Position numbers and translations under genes: made by a program
Assembly: GCF_963921235.1 (NCBI RefSeq)
Contig: NC_086098.1
Location: 6,076,001-6,140,000, forward strand
Reading direction: 5' to 3'
From: Mobula hypostoma
Lineage: Eukaryota
DNA length: 64,000 nt
In this document: piece by piece, positions 1 to 11,111 of the stretch
Layout of the letters: every line of letters starts with the position of its first letter
Numbering within the stretch: the first letter of the stretch is position 1
Notes under the pieces: model-generated
What the model was told of the DNA's origin: nothing
Seen by the model: the letters and a program-made list of their open reading frames with translations, nothing else
Databases searched by the model: none

Positions 1-184
1 CAGATTTCCCTTTGGCCTCTGACATGCCAGAGAAAACCACCCATTCCACCTAGCATCTCCCTATAGCCCATCTATCTTCCACTTGCACCCCTTAGTCCAG
101 GCAACGTCCCAGCAAGACTCCTCCGCACCTTCTCCAAAGTTTCCACATCCTTCCTGTAATGAGGTGACTGTGGGCTGCTTCACC

Positions 185-760
185 AATTCAAAGAGTTCAG
201 TGTTCGAAGAGTTCCAAGTACATTTGTTATCAAAGTATGCATGCAGTATTTACCTGAAATTCGTCTTCCCCACAGACGGCCATGAAACAAAGAAAACCGT
301 TCAAAGAAAAACATCAAACCACCTCCATCTGTGCAAAAAAAAACAACAAATGGCAACAAAAAAAGAGTGAAAAACGCAGAATATAAAGTCACAAAATCAG
401 AAGAGTTCAGGCATATTCAGTTCACCTCAATTGATTTTCTGCAGGCCGCCCCGATCAATATCGCCCAAAATAGTGAGAAAAGGAGAGACATTGAAAGCAG
501 AAACACATCATATTGTGAACTACCGAGTCCAATCCACAAACCTCATTAATTAAAATTTGCCCAAGACACAGGACTCCAACACCATCCTGCAACAGCGTCG
601 AGGGAGACAGGCCATTTGAACATAAACATCTTCATTTAGAAAAAGTGAGTGAGGACTGAGAGACCGGCCATCACATACAGACACCTTCCTCCGATGGCAT
701 TGAGCCAGAGGCTGGTAGTTGGCATTGAACCCTCCTTACCTTCTGCACTCACCTCGATGA
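185..760 (-). mobile_element. LINE 3' tail/UTR (Rex1/Babar- or L2-type), degenerate
   Basis: Begins with TTCAAAG-like tail repeats followed by 'tacatttgttatcaaagtatg'. Similar tails occur at about 3030, 35175 and 60700. Confidence 0.5.
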
Positions 761-1023
761 TTTCAATGCACTTTTAGTTCACTTTCCGTGAGATTTATGC
801 AGCACTATCAAACATTAGGAGACCGACCCTCTCCCTTGTTACCAACTTGCTCTAAGTATACTTGTGGAATCTTTTACAATTCTCCTCTACTTCCTCTGCC
901 AGGAATATTTCCTAGCTCCTCTTAACACTTCTAATTTGCTTCTTACGTGTATTCCTAACACTGAGGAAAAGATGGGCAGCTTAGACGTGAATCTGCTGGA
1001 CTCTAGCAAAGCTGAAGTCAGAT

Positions 1024-1239
1024 TGTAGGGTAATGTAATTGGTGGAAATCTACATCATTCGTAACTAGCAACGTTGAGTTGGGGTTTCACTTCAGGAGGC
1101 CAGTCTGACATGATGATGTAATTAGGTAAAACGATATTTTTAGCATGCTTTTGTGTTCAGGTTTTGGAGATCAATAAAATGTGTTACAGTTTTTCTTAAA
1201 TATATAATGCTTCACTTCATTTTTCTACGAATATCTACA
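1024..1239 (+). mobile_element. Solo LTR
   Basis: TGTAG...CTACA termini, AATAAA at 1173-1178, and flanks agat/aaat (4-bp TSD, 1 mismatch). Confidence 0.55.
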
Positions 1240-1269
1240 AAATTTAATTTAATTTTGAAGTACATACAT

Positions 1270-1435
1270 ACACATAGTGGCACTTTATTAGGTACACCCG
1301 TACACCAGCTCATTAATGTAAATATCTAATCAGCCAATCATGTGACAGCAACTCAGTGCACAACGTGGTCAAGAGGTTCAGTTGTTGTTCAGATAAAATA
1401 TTAGAATAGGGAATAAATGTCATCTCAGTGACTCT
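1270..1435 (+). mobile_element. Tc1/mariner-derived element, 5' fragment
   Basis: Aligns with the left end of the 20412-20946 element (gtggcactttattaggtacac...ggtcaagaggttcag). Confidence 0.65.
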
Positions 1436-1769
1436 TAGATGAAAGAAAAATGGAGGTCTATGTCTGAGGACGATTGATTTTCGAGTGTTAAGTTTTTAAT
1501 TTTTATTCAGAGATACAGCATGGTAACAGGTCTTTCCAATGCAACGAGCCCATGCTTCCAATTACTGCAACACACACAAAATGCTGGAGGAACTCAACAC
1601 GGCAGACAGCGTCTATGGAAGTGAATGGATGGTTAAGGTTTCAGAGTGAGACACCCCCCACCCCGCCCCTTCCGGAGTGAGAAGGAAACTGGTGCACCCG
1701 AAGGAAACACACATGGTGACAGGGAGGACGTACAAACGTGATTAAAATTGTGATGAAGCTGAACATGGG

Positions 1770-1970
1770 TGTCACGGTAGCGTGGTGTTTAACACACCAC
1801 TATTGCAGCCCAGGTGTTCCCGAGTTCGGAGCTCAATTCCGGCCCATCTGTAGAAAGTTCTTATGCTCTCCTCGTGACCTTGTGGGATTTCTCTAGGTGC
1901 TCTGGTTTCCGCCCACCGTCGAAAGATGTACTGGCAATTTGTCATTATAGATTGGGCCAGAGCTAAGTAA
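1770..1970 (+). mobile_element. V-SINE-like (HE1-type) SINE
   Basis: tRNA-like head (cacggtagcgtgg...ggagctcaattcc) and V-domain-like 'gggatttctctaggtgctctggtttcc'. Confidence 0.55.
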
Positions 1971-2300
1971 AACCATAAGCCAGAGGAACAGAATTAGGCC
2001 ACTTAGCCCATCGAGTCGGCTCTGCTATTTCATTATAGCTAATACATTTCCCCTCTCAGCTCCAATCTCCTGCCTTCTCCCTGTATCCCCTTCATGCCCT
2101 GACTAATCCAGAATCTATCACCCTCTGCCTTAAATATACTCAATAACAGGTGGCAACGAATTCCACAGGTTCACCACTCTCTGGCTAAAGAAATTCCTCC
2201 TCATCTCCATTCTAAAAGGATGTCATTCTATTCTGAGGTTGCGTCCTCTGGTCACAGACTCTCCCACCATAGGAAACATCCTCTGCACATCCACTCTATG
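1970..2300 (-). mobile_element. CR1 LINE 3' end
   Basis: Reverse complement of the CR1 ORF2 C-terminus and 3' UTR seen in intact copies such as 48317-48660. Confidence 0.75.
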
Positions 2301-3029
2301 AAGGCCTGGGTTGCCATGTGGCTCTTTGGGCTAGAAGAGCCTCTTCCAAACTGTATCTCGAAATTTAAAAAAATCTGTTTTGTAAGAACTGCTCACAACA
2401 CAGGCAGCCTAAGGAGTTATCGTTTCAACAGCTGTTCACAGTAAACGTGTGAATGCAGTGTTAACATTTGGGTAATTGAATGACTTGACTTGAACCTGAA
2501 TTATGATACTTCTGAAGAATATGTAGGCTTAAAGAAAGAGCATATGATATTAGCAAGAACAATGCATAAATACAAAGGAACATGTTGATAATGTTACTAA
2601 TCTATCACACTGGTAGTGCCTCATATTGCAATTTAGAATAGCTTTTGTGGAATACTATATCATTGAACATATTACACAGGGTTGACCTTGAGAGAGCTGT
2701 ATAAAAAGGATTGTATGCATGAAAGCCTTCAGAAGATGATATTGGGGTAAACAGGCATGACAAAGGAATAGGGAGCCTCCATTGTCTGCAATGATCCAGG
2801 CCCCAAAAGTTAATCAGCTGTGTAACATTGACAGAGACATTTTAACCATACTTATCCCATTCCTCTGTCTGGAAAGTGAGAGTTTCTTCAGAAGTATACA
2901 CAGAAAACAGCCTAATATATTGCAGTTCATTGTTCACGCACAAAATGCTAGAGGTACTCAGCAAGTCAGTCAATGTTTCGGGCCAAGACCTTTCATCTCA
3001 AAGCTCACAGTGTTCCTTCAGCATTTTCA

Positions 3030-3600
3030 AGATTCAAGATTGTTTACTGTTATTTCTAGTACACAAATCTAAAGGGGAATGAAATAATTGTTGCTCTGGG
3101 TCCAATGGCACAAAAAACCACAATAAGATAAAGAACACAATAATTAAAAAGCACAGTGTTCATTATCTGCAAGCCGCCCTCATTCAAAATCGCCCAAAAT
3201 ACCAAGAAGAAAAGGAGCAACTAGAAACCAATCCAGTTGGACCAGAGTCCGATCCACAAACCATGTCGATTGCAGCTTGCACAAGACCCAGGACTCTGGC
3301 CCCACCCTCTGATAGTATCATGGGAGAAAGAAACCATTCGAATGCAGGGACCTTCCTTTGGGAGCAGCGAACAAGAGGGAGAGAGTGACTGTGACACGCA
3401 GACAGCCTCCTCCAGCAGCAGCGAGCGAGGGGGTGGCAGGCAGTGCCGTACCCCCACTGGCCTTGATGACTTCAGTCTTCCTCAGTGCTTTAATTGGCAA
3501 GATTGGTGAGAAATGGAGTCGGTCATGGGTTCCTCGGCCTCGAGGCTGCACACTTCACGGAATTCCCTCGTGGACAGCAAAACGCAAGATCGCTCAGTCG
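3030..3600 (-). mobile_element. LINE 3' tail/UTR (Rex1/Babar- or L2-type), degenerate
   Basis: TTCAAGA repeat tail. The internal part resembles 185-760. Confidence 0.45.
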
Positions 3601-4654
3601 CCCTTTCAATATTTGATAAGCTATGAATTCTGATACAAGCCATCAACAAAGGATGTGGTTAGAGGATCTGTTCTTGCTGCTTGTCTTGTACAGTGAAAGA
3701 GATAAGTTTTCTTGCCAGTGCTGCAAATGAGAAATTCAAAAGTGAGGATTGGAAATGGGGCAAATATCCAGTTTTCACCAAATTGAAACTGCATTAATGT
3801 TCTGTCTCTATGGAATGCTTGAAAGCAAGAATATCCACGGAAGTTTGGTTGAGTCCGTGAATGTGAGAGGTATGAAGGGCTTTGGTCCAAGTGTGAGCTG
3901 ATGGGACGAGGCAGAATAATATTTTGGTATGGGCTAGATGGGATGAAGACCTGTATCTGTGCTATAGTGATCTACAAACCTATTAATTTTCTTCTCAGGA
4001 TGGAATGCTTGATAGCAAGAATATCACAAGAACATAATTTTTAAATCCATGGGAAGAATGACTGTTTAATGTTTTCAAAATAATTTCGCATAAAAAAACC
4101 CAGCAAAATGGAATAATCCATTGAACTTTAAGAATCTACAGTACTGTTACTGTTTTACTGAACCTGTTGCTGTTGTAATTTTGAATGACCATTTCTGCGC
4201 TGTGATTATTTTAATGCTTGCATTTGCTGCTTGTAGATTTCAGAAAGTTTTGATTTAATTCTTGCACATTTGAATTTTAAAAAGAATGTTCCAATGGGAC
4301 TTTCCAATCTGTTCATAGATTCAGTGGTATTGCTCCCACCGTTACCTAGAGTAGAACACAGACCAAGCCAAGCTACATGGATGTGCCTCAAGGAATCTTG
4401 CCTGCTGTTCACCGGGAGGACTTCCTTGAATAATGTAAATAGTCGTGGGTTCTGCAGCTGTATCAATCTTTCAGAAACCAGTTATTTCTAATGTAAACAA
4501 CTTCACATATGCATACTATACTTACTGCAATACTGAGACGGTGGCATCATCATAAATTTGGGCTACTCAGCAACAGAACAGTTAGTGTCATCATGAAACT
4601 ATTAGGCCATTCAGCCCAAAGAGTCTGTTCTGTCACTCCATCATGCCCGACAAC

Positions 4655-4865
4655 AGTGCTAGTGACCCGGGTTTGAATTTCGTCACTGTCTGTAAGGAGT
4701 TTGCTCATTTTCCCTGTGACTTTCCTCTGGGTGTTCTGGTTTCCTCCCACATTCCAAATATGTAGTGGTTAATAAGTTAATTGGTCTTACAGGTGTAATT
4801 CACAGCATGTGGAGCCAAAAAAGGCCTGTTAAGGGCCTGCCAAGTGTGGCTGTATCTGTAAATAA
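4655..4865 (+). mobile_element. V-SINE-like SINE
   Basis: B-box-like gggtttgaatt and 'gggtgttctggtttcctcccacattccaaa', ending in an AAAT tail. Confidence 0.55.
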
Positions 4866-5525
4866 ATAAAATATAAATCACGAAAACTATAAAAAAAATC
4901 TGTTCTACTCATGATCAATGCCCAAATCAAAAGCTGTGGATGAGCGAGGAGGTTCATAGTCTACTGAGGGTTAGATCTGTGGCATTCAAGTCTGGAGACC
5001 CAGGACTATGCAAGAAAACCAGGTACAACTTGCGGAAGGCTATCTCCAGAGCAAAGGAACAATTCTTAGTAAAGTTGGAGGCAGAATCAGATGCACGTCA
5101 CTGCTGGTATGATTTGCAGGCCATTACATCCTACAAAGCAATCAATAGCAAACACCATGAATGGCTGTGATGTTTCACTCCCAGATGTGCTCAACACCTT
5201 TCATGCTCGCTTTGAAAGGGAGAATAAATCTACAGTTATGAGGATCCCTGCAGCACTTGGTGACCCTGTGATCTCTGTCTCAGAGGCTGACATCAGACTG
5301 TTTTTGAAGGGGTTGAAATTTCGTAAGACAACAGGCCAAAATAAAGGCCCCAAAGGTGTACCTGTGGCAACGAACTGGCGCGTACGCTCAAAGACATTTT
5401 CAATCTCTCATTGCTAGAGCAGGAAGTTCCCACCTGCTTCAAAAGGGCAACAATTATACCTGTGCCCAAGATGAGCAGGGTGAGGTGCCTTAATGACTAT
5501 CGTCCAGTAGCACTCACATCTATTG

Positions 5526-6255
5526 AGCACAACGAGATCTAGGTGTTCTTGAACATCAGTCACTGAAAGCAAGCACGCAAGTACAGCAGGCAGTGAAGAA
5601 AGCTAATGGCATGCTGGCCTTCATAACAAGGGGAATTGAGTATAAGAGCAAAGAGGTCCTTCTGCAGCTGTACAGGGCCCTGGTGAGACCACACCTGGAG
5701 TACTGTGTGCAGTTTTGGTCTCCAAATTTGAGGAAGGACATTCTTGCTATTGAGGGAGTGCAGCGTAGGTTCACAAGGTTAATTCCCGGGATGGCGGGAC
5801 TGTCATATGTCGAAAGATTGGAGCGACTGGGCTTGTATACTCTGGAATTTAGAAGGCTGAGAGGGGATCTTGTTGAAACATATAAGATTATTAAGGGATT
5901 GGACACGCTGCAGGCAGGAAGCATGTTCCCGCTGATGGGTGAGTCCAGAACCAGAGGCCACAGTTTAAAACTTAGGGGTAGGCCATTTAGAACGGAGTTG
6001 AGGAAAAACTTTTTCACCCAGAGAGTGGTGGATATATGGAATGCTCTGCCCCATAAGGCTGTGGAGGCCAAGTCTCTGGATGCTTTCAAAAAAGAGATGG
6101 ATAGAGCTCTTAAAGATAGCGGAATCAAAGGTTATGGAGATAAGGCAGGAACTGGATACTGATTGTGGATGATCAGCCATGATCACAGTGAATGGCGGTG
6201 CTGGCTCGAAGGGCCGAATGGCCTACTCCTGCGCCTATTGTCTATTGTCTATTGT
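5526..6255 (+). mobile_element. Young 5'-truncated CR1 LINE
   Basis: Open ORF2 C-terminus at 5593-6162 ([19 protein letters not shown]...FFTQRVV), 3' UTR and (CTATTGT)n tail. Confidence 0.92.
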
Positions 6256-6834
6256 CAATTGTGATGAAGTGCTTTGAGAGGTTGGTTGTGGATAGAGTTA
6301 AATCTTATCTCAGCAAGGACCCTGACCCGCCTCACTGACAATCAACTTTGCTACACCTTAGGGATGTGTGTTCAGCTCCACTGCTCTGCTCCCTCTACCC
6401 CATAACTGTGTGGCCAGGCTCAGCTCAAATGCCATTCATAAATTTGCTGACGACACAAATATTGTTGGCAGAATTTCAAATGGTGATGAGAGGGCGTACG
6501 TGAGCGAGATATATCTCCTAGCTGTGTAGTATTGCGGCAGCAACCTTGCACTCTAACTCAGTAAAACCAAAGAACTGATTATGGAGTTCAGAAAGGGAAC
6601 TCACACCAGTCCTCATAGAGTGATCAGAAGTGGAAGGAGTGAGCAATTTCAAGTTTTTGGGTGTCATCATCTCTGAGAGTCTATCCTGGGCCCAAAATAT
6701 TGATGCAGTTACAAAGAAGGCACAATTGTGGCTATATTTCATTTGGAATATGAAGAGATTTGATATGTCACCAAAGACACTCGCCAGCTTCTACAGAAGT
6801 ACTGTGGGGAGCATTCTAACTAGTTACTTAATCA

Positions 6835-7336
6835 CCCAGACGTCTGTGGTGGCCAGTGCTATCATGTTTGCTGTTGTGCGCTGGGGCAGCAGGCTGAGGG
6901 TAGCAGACACCAACAGAATCAACAAACTCATTCGTAAGGCCAGTGATGTTGCGGGGATGGAACTGGACTCTCTGACGGTGGTGTCTGGAAAGAGGATGCT
7001 GTCCAAGTTGCATGCCATCTTGGACAATGTCTCCCATCCACTGCATAGTGTACTGGTTGGGCACAGGAGTACATTCAGCCAGAGACTCATTCCACCGAGA
7101 TGCAACGCAGAGCGTCATAGGAAGTCATTCCTGCCTGTGGCCATCAAACTTTACAACTCCTCCCTTGGAGGGTCAGACACCCTGAGCCAATAGGCTGGTC
7201 CTGGACTTATTTCCTGGCATAATTTACATATTACTATTTAACTATTTATGGTTTTATTACTATTTATTATTTATGGCGCAACTGTAACGAAAACCAATTT
7301 CCCCCGGGATCAATAAAGTATGACTATGACTATGAC
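6835..7336 (+). mobile_element. Rex1 LINE 3' fragment nested in the Rex/Babar copy
   Basis: VVASAIMFAVV.WGS...HPLH...RKSFLPVAIKLYN, followed by gggatcaataaagta and a (TGACTA)n tail. Confidence 0.8.
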
Positions 7337-7879
7337 GGTGACAGTATGGAGGGGGAGGGCTACTGCACAGGATCGAAATGAGCTGCAGAGAGTTGTGAAT
7401 GTAGTCAGCTCCATCACCGGCAGCAGTCTCCGTAGTAGACAGGAGGCGCGATGCCCCTAAAAGACGGCATCCATTATTAAGGACCCCCACCACCCAGGAC
7501 ATGCGCTCTTCTCATTGCTATCATCAGGAAGGAGGTAGCAAAGCCTGAATACACACACTCAACAATTCAGAAAGAACTTCTTCCCCTCTGCCATCTGATT
7601 TCTGAATGGACATTGAACCCATGAACACCATCTCACAAAATTTTTATTTTTATTTTTACACTATTTGTTTGATTTAAGATTATATATATACTTAATGTAA
7701 TTCATGTTCTTCTATTATCATGCATCACATTGCACTGCTGTTGCAAAGAGAACAAAGTTTAGGACATGTGCCGGTGAAATTAAACCAATTCTGATTCTGA
7801 TCTACCCTTGTATTGGACTTGTTAGTAGAGGTTCCTTCAAGCACTAAAACAAGCCTCAACTAGGCTCCAATTTCCAACA

Positions 7880-8146
7880 GAACTATTTTATTTTATTTTT
7901 AATTTGCGATACAGTGCAAAGTAGACACTTCCAGACCTTCGAGCCACACTGCCCAGCAACCTCATAATCCCGATTAACCCTAACCTAATCACGGGACAAT
8001 TTACAATGACCAGTTACCCTAATAATGGTACGTCTTTTGATTGTGCAAGGAACAGGAACAGCCAGAGAAAACCCACGCATTCCACAAGGAGAATGTGCAG
8101 AGACTCCTTACAGAGGATACCGAGACTGAACTCCAAATTCCAACAC
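7880..8146 (-). mobile_element. V-SINE-like SINE
   Basis: Reverse complement of the V-domain and tail also seen at 52350-52630. Confidence 0.55.
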
Positions 8147-8147
8147 G

Positions 8148-8280
8148 TGTCGTGGAGAGGGGAGACTTGCAGCACGGGCAACTGCTGGTCTTCCATACAA
8201 CCTTGCCCAGGCCCCTGTGTCCTGGAGAGTGAAGACTTTCCAGATGCAGATCCATAGTCTCGCAAGACTAATGGATGCCT
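8148..8280 (+). mobile_element. 3' part of a tRNA/CORE/RTE-type SINE
   Basis: Nearly identical to 13130-13258. Confidence 0.75.
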
Positions 8281-8300
8281 TTAATTTTTATTTATATATA

Positions 8301-8601
8301 TAGGCATCTGTTAGTCTCATGAGACCATGGATTTGTGCCTTGGAAGGTTTCCAAGATGCAGGCCTGGGCAAGGTTGCATGGAAGATGGGCAGTTGCCCAT
8401 GCTGCAAGTCTCCCCTCTCCACACCACTGATGTTGTCGAAGGGAAGGGCACTAGGGCCGATACAGCTTGGCACTGGTGTCGTCGCAGAGCAATGTGTGGT
8501 TAAGTGCCTTGCTTAAGGAGACAACACGCTGCCTCAGCCAAGGCTCGAACTCATGACCTTCAGATCACTAGACGAACGCCTTAACCACTTGGCCACACAC
8601 C
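8301..8601 (-). mobile_element. Full-length tRNA-derived SINE (CORE-like middle, RTE-like tail)
   Basis: Minus-strand A box TGGCCAAGTGG, B box GAGTTCGAGCC and CORE-like 'ccttaagcaaggcacttaacc'. Same family as 12951-13268. Confidence 0.8.
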
Positions 8602-8674
8602 AACACTAATCTGGTTACATTTCTGAAATCTGTGACCCCTTTAGCCTAGAACATACCAGACACATGTGAACCCC

Positions 8675-8915
8675 ACGGCCTGGTATGGAGCTGCCACTGC
8701 ACAGGATGAGAAAAAGCTGCAGAGAATTGTAAACTCAGCCAGCTCCATCATGGGCACCAGCCTCCGCAGCATCAAGGATATCTTCAAAAGGCGATCCCTC
8801 AGAAAGATGGTATCCATCATTGACAACCCTCAGTACCCAAGACACGTTCTTGTTACCATCAGGGAGGAGGTACAGAAGCCTGAAGACACACACTCTACAT
8901 TTTGGGAGTAGCTTC
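8675..8915 (+). mobile_element. Rex1/Babar LINE ORF2 C-terminal fragment
   Basis: TAWYGAATAQDEKKLQRIVNSASSIMGTSL. Confidence 0.7.
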
Positions 8916-9169
8916 ACAGATATGAGAGCCTATATTGATGCTGGACAGCTCTATGACTCTAAATATTTACTGAAATAAATCTTTAATAAGTTTCAAATAA
9001 AATAAAGATGAAAAAGCCCTTTACCTTTTCCATCTATACTCTTCCCAGCTTCTTACTTTATCCCCCTTGCCCCACCCACCTAGTGTCACCTATTACCTTC
9101 TAGCTTGTGCTCCTCCCCCCCCCCCCCCACCTTCTTATTCTGGCATCTACCACCTTCTTTTCCAGTCCT

Positions 9170-9339
9170 TGTGGTTTTATATGGACATAATAACGAACTT
9201 CATTTCCTAGTCAGCAATGCGAGGAGCTCATCTGGAACCGGAAGCTACGATGGTGACCTGGTTGGGCAGCAGTTCAGTAAATAAAATGTTCCAACCTAAA
9301 CCCACGCCAAGTTTGTCTTTAGTAAGAACAAACATAACA
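9170..9339 (+). mobile_element. LTR directly followed by a primer-binding site
   Basis: TGT...ACA termini, AATAAA at 9280-9285, and an abutting PBS. Confidence 0.7.
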
Positions 9340-9357
9340 TGGTGTCAGAAGTGGAAT
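9340..9357 (+). other. Primer-binding site for tRNA-Leu(CAA)
   Basis: TGGTGTCAGAAGTGGAAT matches 17 of 18 nt of TGGTGTCAGAAGTGGGAT, the complement of the vertebrate tRNA-Leu(CAA) 3' end as recalled. Confidence 0.8.
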
Positions 9358-9406
9358 TACTGTTGCAACAACACGTTATCAGTCGGGTAAAACTAACCTG
9401 TCTCAC
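9354..9406 (-). pseudogene. 28S rRNA fragment of about 53 nt, just 5' of the sarcin-ricin loop
   Basis: The minus strand reads GTGAGACAGGTTAGTTTTACCCgACTGATaAcGTGTTGTTGCAAcAGTAAT, matching the conserved eukaryotic LSU rRNA sequence as recalled, with about 5 substitutions. Confidence 0.85.
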
Positions 9407-10337
9407 ATCTGACACATTGGCTGTTTATTCCTCTCCATAGATACTGCCTTACCTGCTGAGTTCCCCCAGCATTCTGTGTGTGTTGCTTTGGACTGGGGGG
9501 GGGGGGAGGCCAGGGCAAGATATGAGGAAAGGGAAAAGAAATGGAAAAAAATTGTCATTGCAATGTTTCAGAAAGGCTTGTCAAAATGATAATAGAAACA
9601 TTGCTTCCATATCATAGGAAACAATTCTGGTAAAATGCAAGTGATTCTAAATCCTTTGAGATTTCTTTCGCTAGATAGAATGTGAAAACAATGACAATGT
9701 CAATCAAATCCAATGAGGTTTTCAAAACTTTTCAATCTTTCAATGATAATACATTCTATATTTATTATTCATTATAAAAAATAATGAAACAGAACTTTAG
9801 CAGTATATTGATAATCGTTTCACTGATGTGTCCTTGATTGAATAAACACATAGTGCATTAGAAGGATTTAACAAAATTGAAATGCAATTAGATTCTTCCC
9901 CGTTTTGTTTATTTTCTCTTTGTTCCTTTGATTCTTTTTGACAATTTTACACTCAAAGTGTGGAAGCAAGTTGTATTTATAATCTCCGCAGCAGTGACAA
10001 TGAAACAGAATATTGTGAAGTTCACGAGAACTATCCCTACTCTCCTTTTGGGAATTCAAATATCTTCAGCATGAGTCTCTTACAAATTTCAGAACCAGGA
10101 TCAGATAACTTCATGATGCAAAAAGAAAACAGATTATTGTCTAAAACCTTCAAGTTCCATGTTCCACTCATCTGACTTTAGGACATTGTAATCTGAAAAT
10201 ATAAGACCCATGCCAGATGACTGGACTCCCTGCCAACTCCCGTATCTCATCACGTATGAAGGACCTGTAGCATTATACTGTTTACTTTGTGTTGTGCATG
10301 TGGCCTTGTTACACAACAATGCTATTAATAACAAGCC

Positions 10338-11104
10338 ACACACATCAAAGTTGCTGGTGAACGCAGCAGGCCAGGCAGCATCTCTAGGAAGAGGTACAGT
10401 CGACGTTTCGTCAGGACTAACTGAAAGAAAATCTAGTAAGAGATTTGAAAGTGGGAGGGGGAGGGGGAGATCCAAAATGATAGGAGAAGACAGGAGGGGG
10501 AGGGATGGAGCTAAGAGCTGGATAGGTGATTGGCAAAGGGGATATGAGAAGATCATGGGACAGGAGGCCTAGGGAGAAAGAAAAGGGGGAGGAGGGAAAC
10601 CCAGAGGAAGGGCAAGGGGTATAGTCAGAGGGACAGAGGGAGAAAAAGGAGAGAGAGAAAAAGAATGTGTGTGTATAAATAAATAACGGATGGGGTACAA
10701 GGGGGAGGTGGGGCATTAGCAGAAGTTTGAGAAGTCAATGTTTATGCCATCAGGTTGGAGGCTACCCAGACGGAATAGAAGGTGTTGTTCCTTCAACCTG
10801 AGTGTGGCTTCATCTTTACAGTAGAAGAGGCTGTGGATAGACATATCAGAATGGGAATGGGATGAGGAATTAAAATGTGTGGCCACTAGGAGATCCTGCT
10901 TTCTCTGGTGGACAGAGCGTAGGTGTTCAGCAAAACGATCTCCAAGTCTGCATCGGGTCTCGCCAATATATAGAAGGCCACATCGGGAGCACCGGACGCA
11001 GTATATCACCCCAGCCGACTCACAGGTGAAGTGTCGCCTCACCTGGAAGGACTGTCTGGGGCCCTGAATGGTGGTAAGGGAGGAAGTGTAAGGGAATGTG
11101 TAGC
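10338..11104 (-). mobile_element. Penelope-like element 3' part (left arm of inverted pair)
   Basis: GIY-YIG coding segment plus 3' UTR/pseudo-LTR. Reverse complement of 11103-11710. Confidence 0.88.
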
Positions 11105-11111
11105 TGAACAC
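10716..11111 (-). pseudogene. PLE GIY-YIG endonuclease domain, open but 5'-truncated
   Basis: VIYCVRCSRCGLLYIGET...RFAEHLRSV...VATHFN...LGSLQPDGIN. Confidence 0.85.

Larger units (their letters stand above)
4921..7800 (+). mobile_element. Rex1/Babar-clade LINE, decayed, with two nested insertions
   Basis: ORF2 motifs [30 protein letters not shown] and FKFLGVIISESLSW...KKAQ, with a TCTGAT repeat tail at about 7790. Confidence 0.8.
9020..9490 (+). mobile_element. Penelope-like element 3' end, interrupted at the hammerhead
   Basis: Matches 29720-29930 on both sides of the 9170-9406 insert. Confidence 0.7.

Noticed and set aside
2680..2746. Possible exon LTLRELYKKDCMHESLQKMILG
   Set aside because: Poor polypyrimidine tract, weak donor and no recognisable homology.
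4237..4491. Open frame after an AG in unique sequence
   Set aside because: No recognisable domain or convincing donor, and the length is within chance.
5556..6128. Long antisense ORFs such as this 190-aa frame, 48439-48843 and 22801-23289
   Set aside because: They are shadow frames opposite CR1 ORF2 and recur in each copy.
8530..8601. tRNA gene (also 12951-13020)
   Set aside because: The A/B boxes run into a shared SINE body, and the 12951 copy has a TSD.
9354..9406. Functional rRNA gene
   Set aside because: Only about 53 nt, mutated, with no other rDNA nearby.
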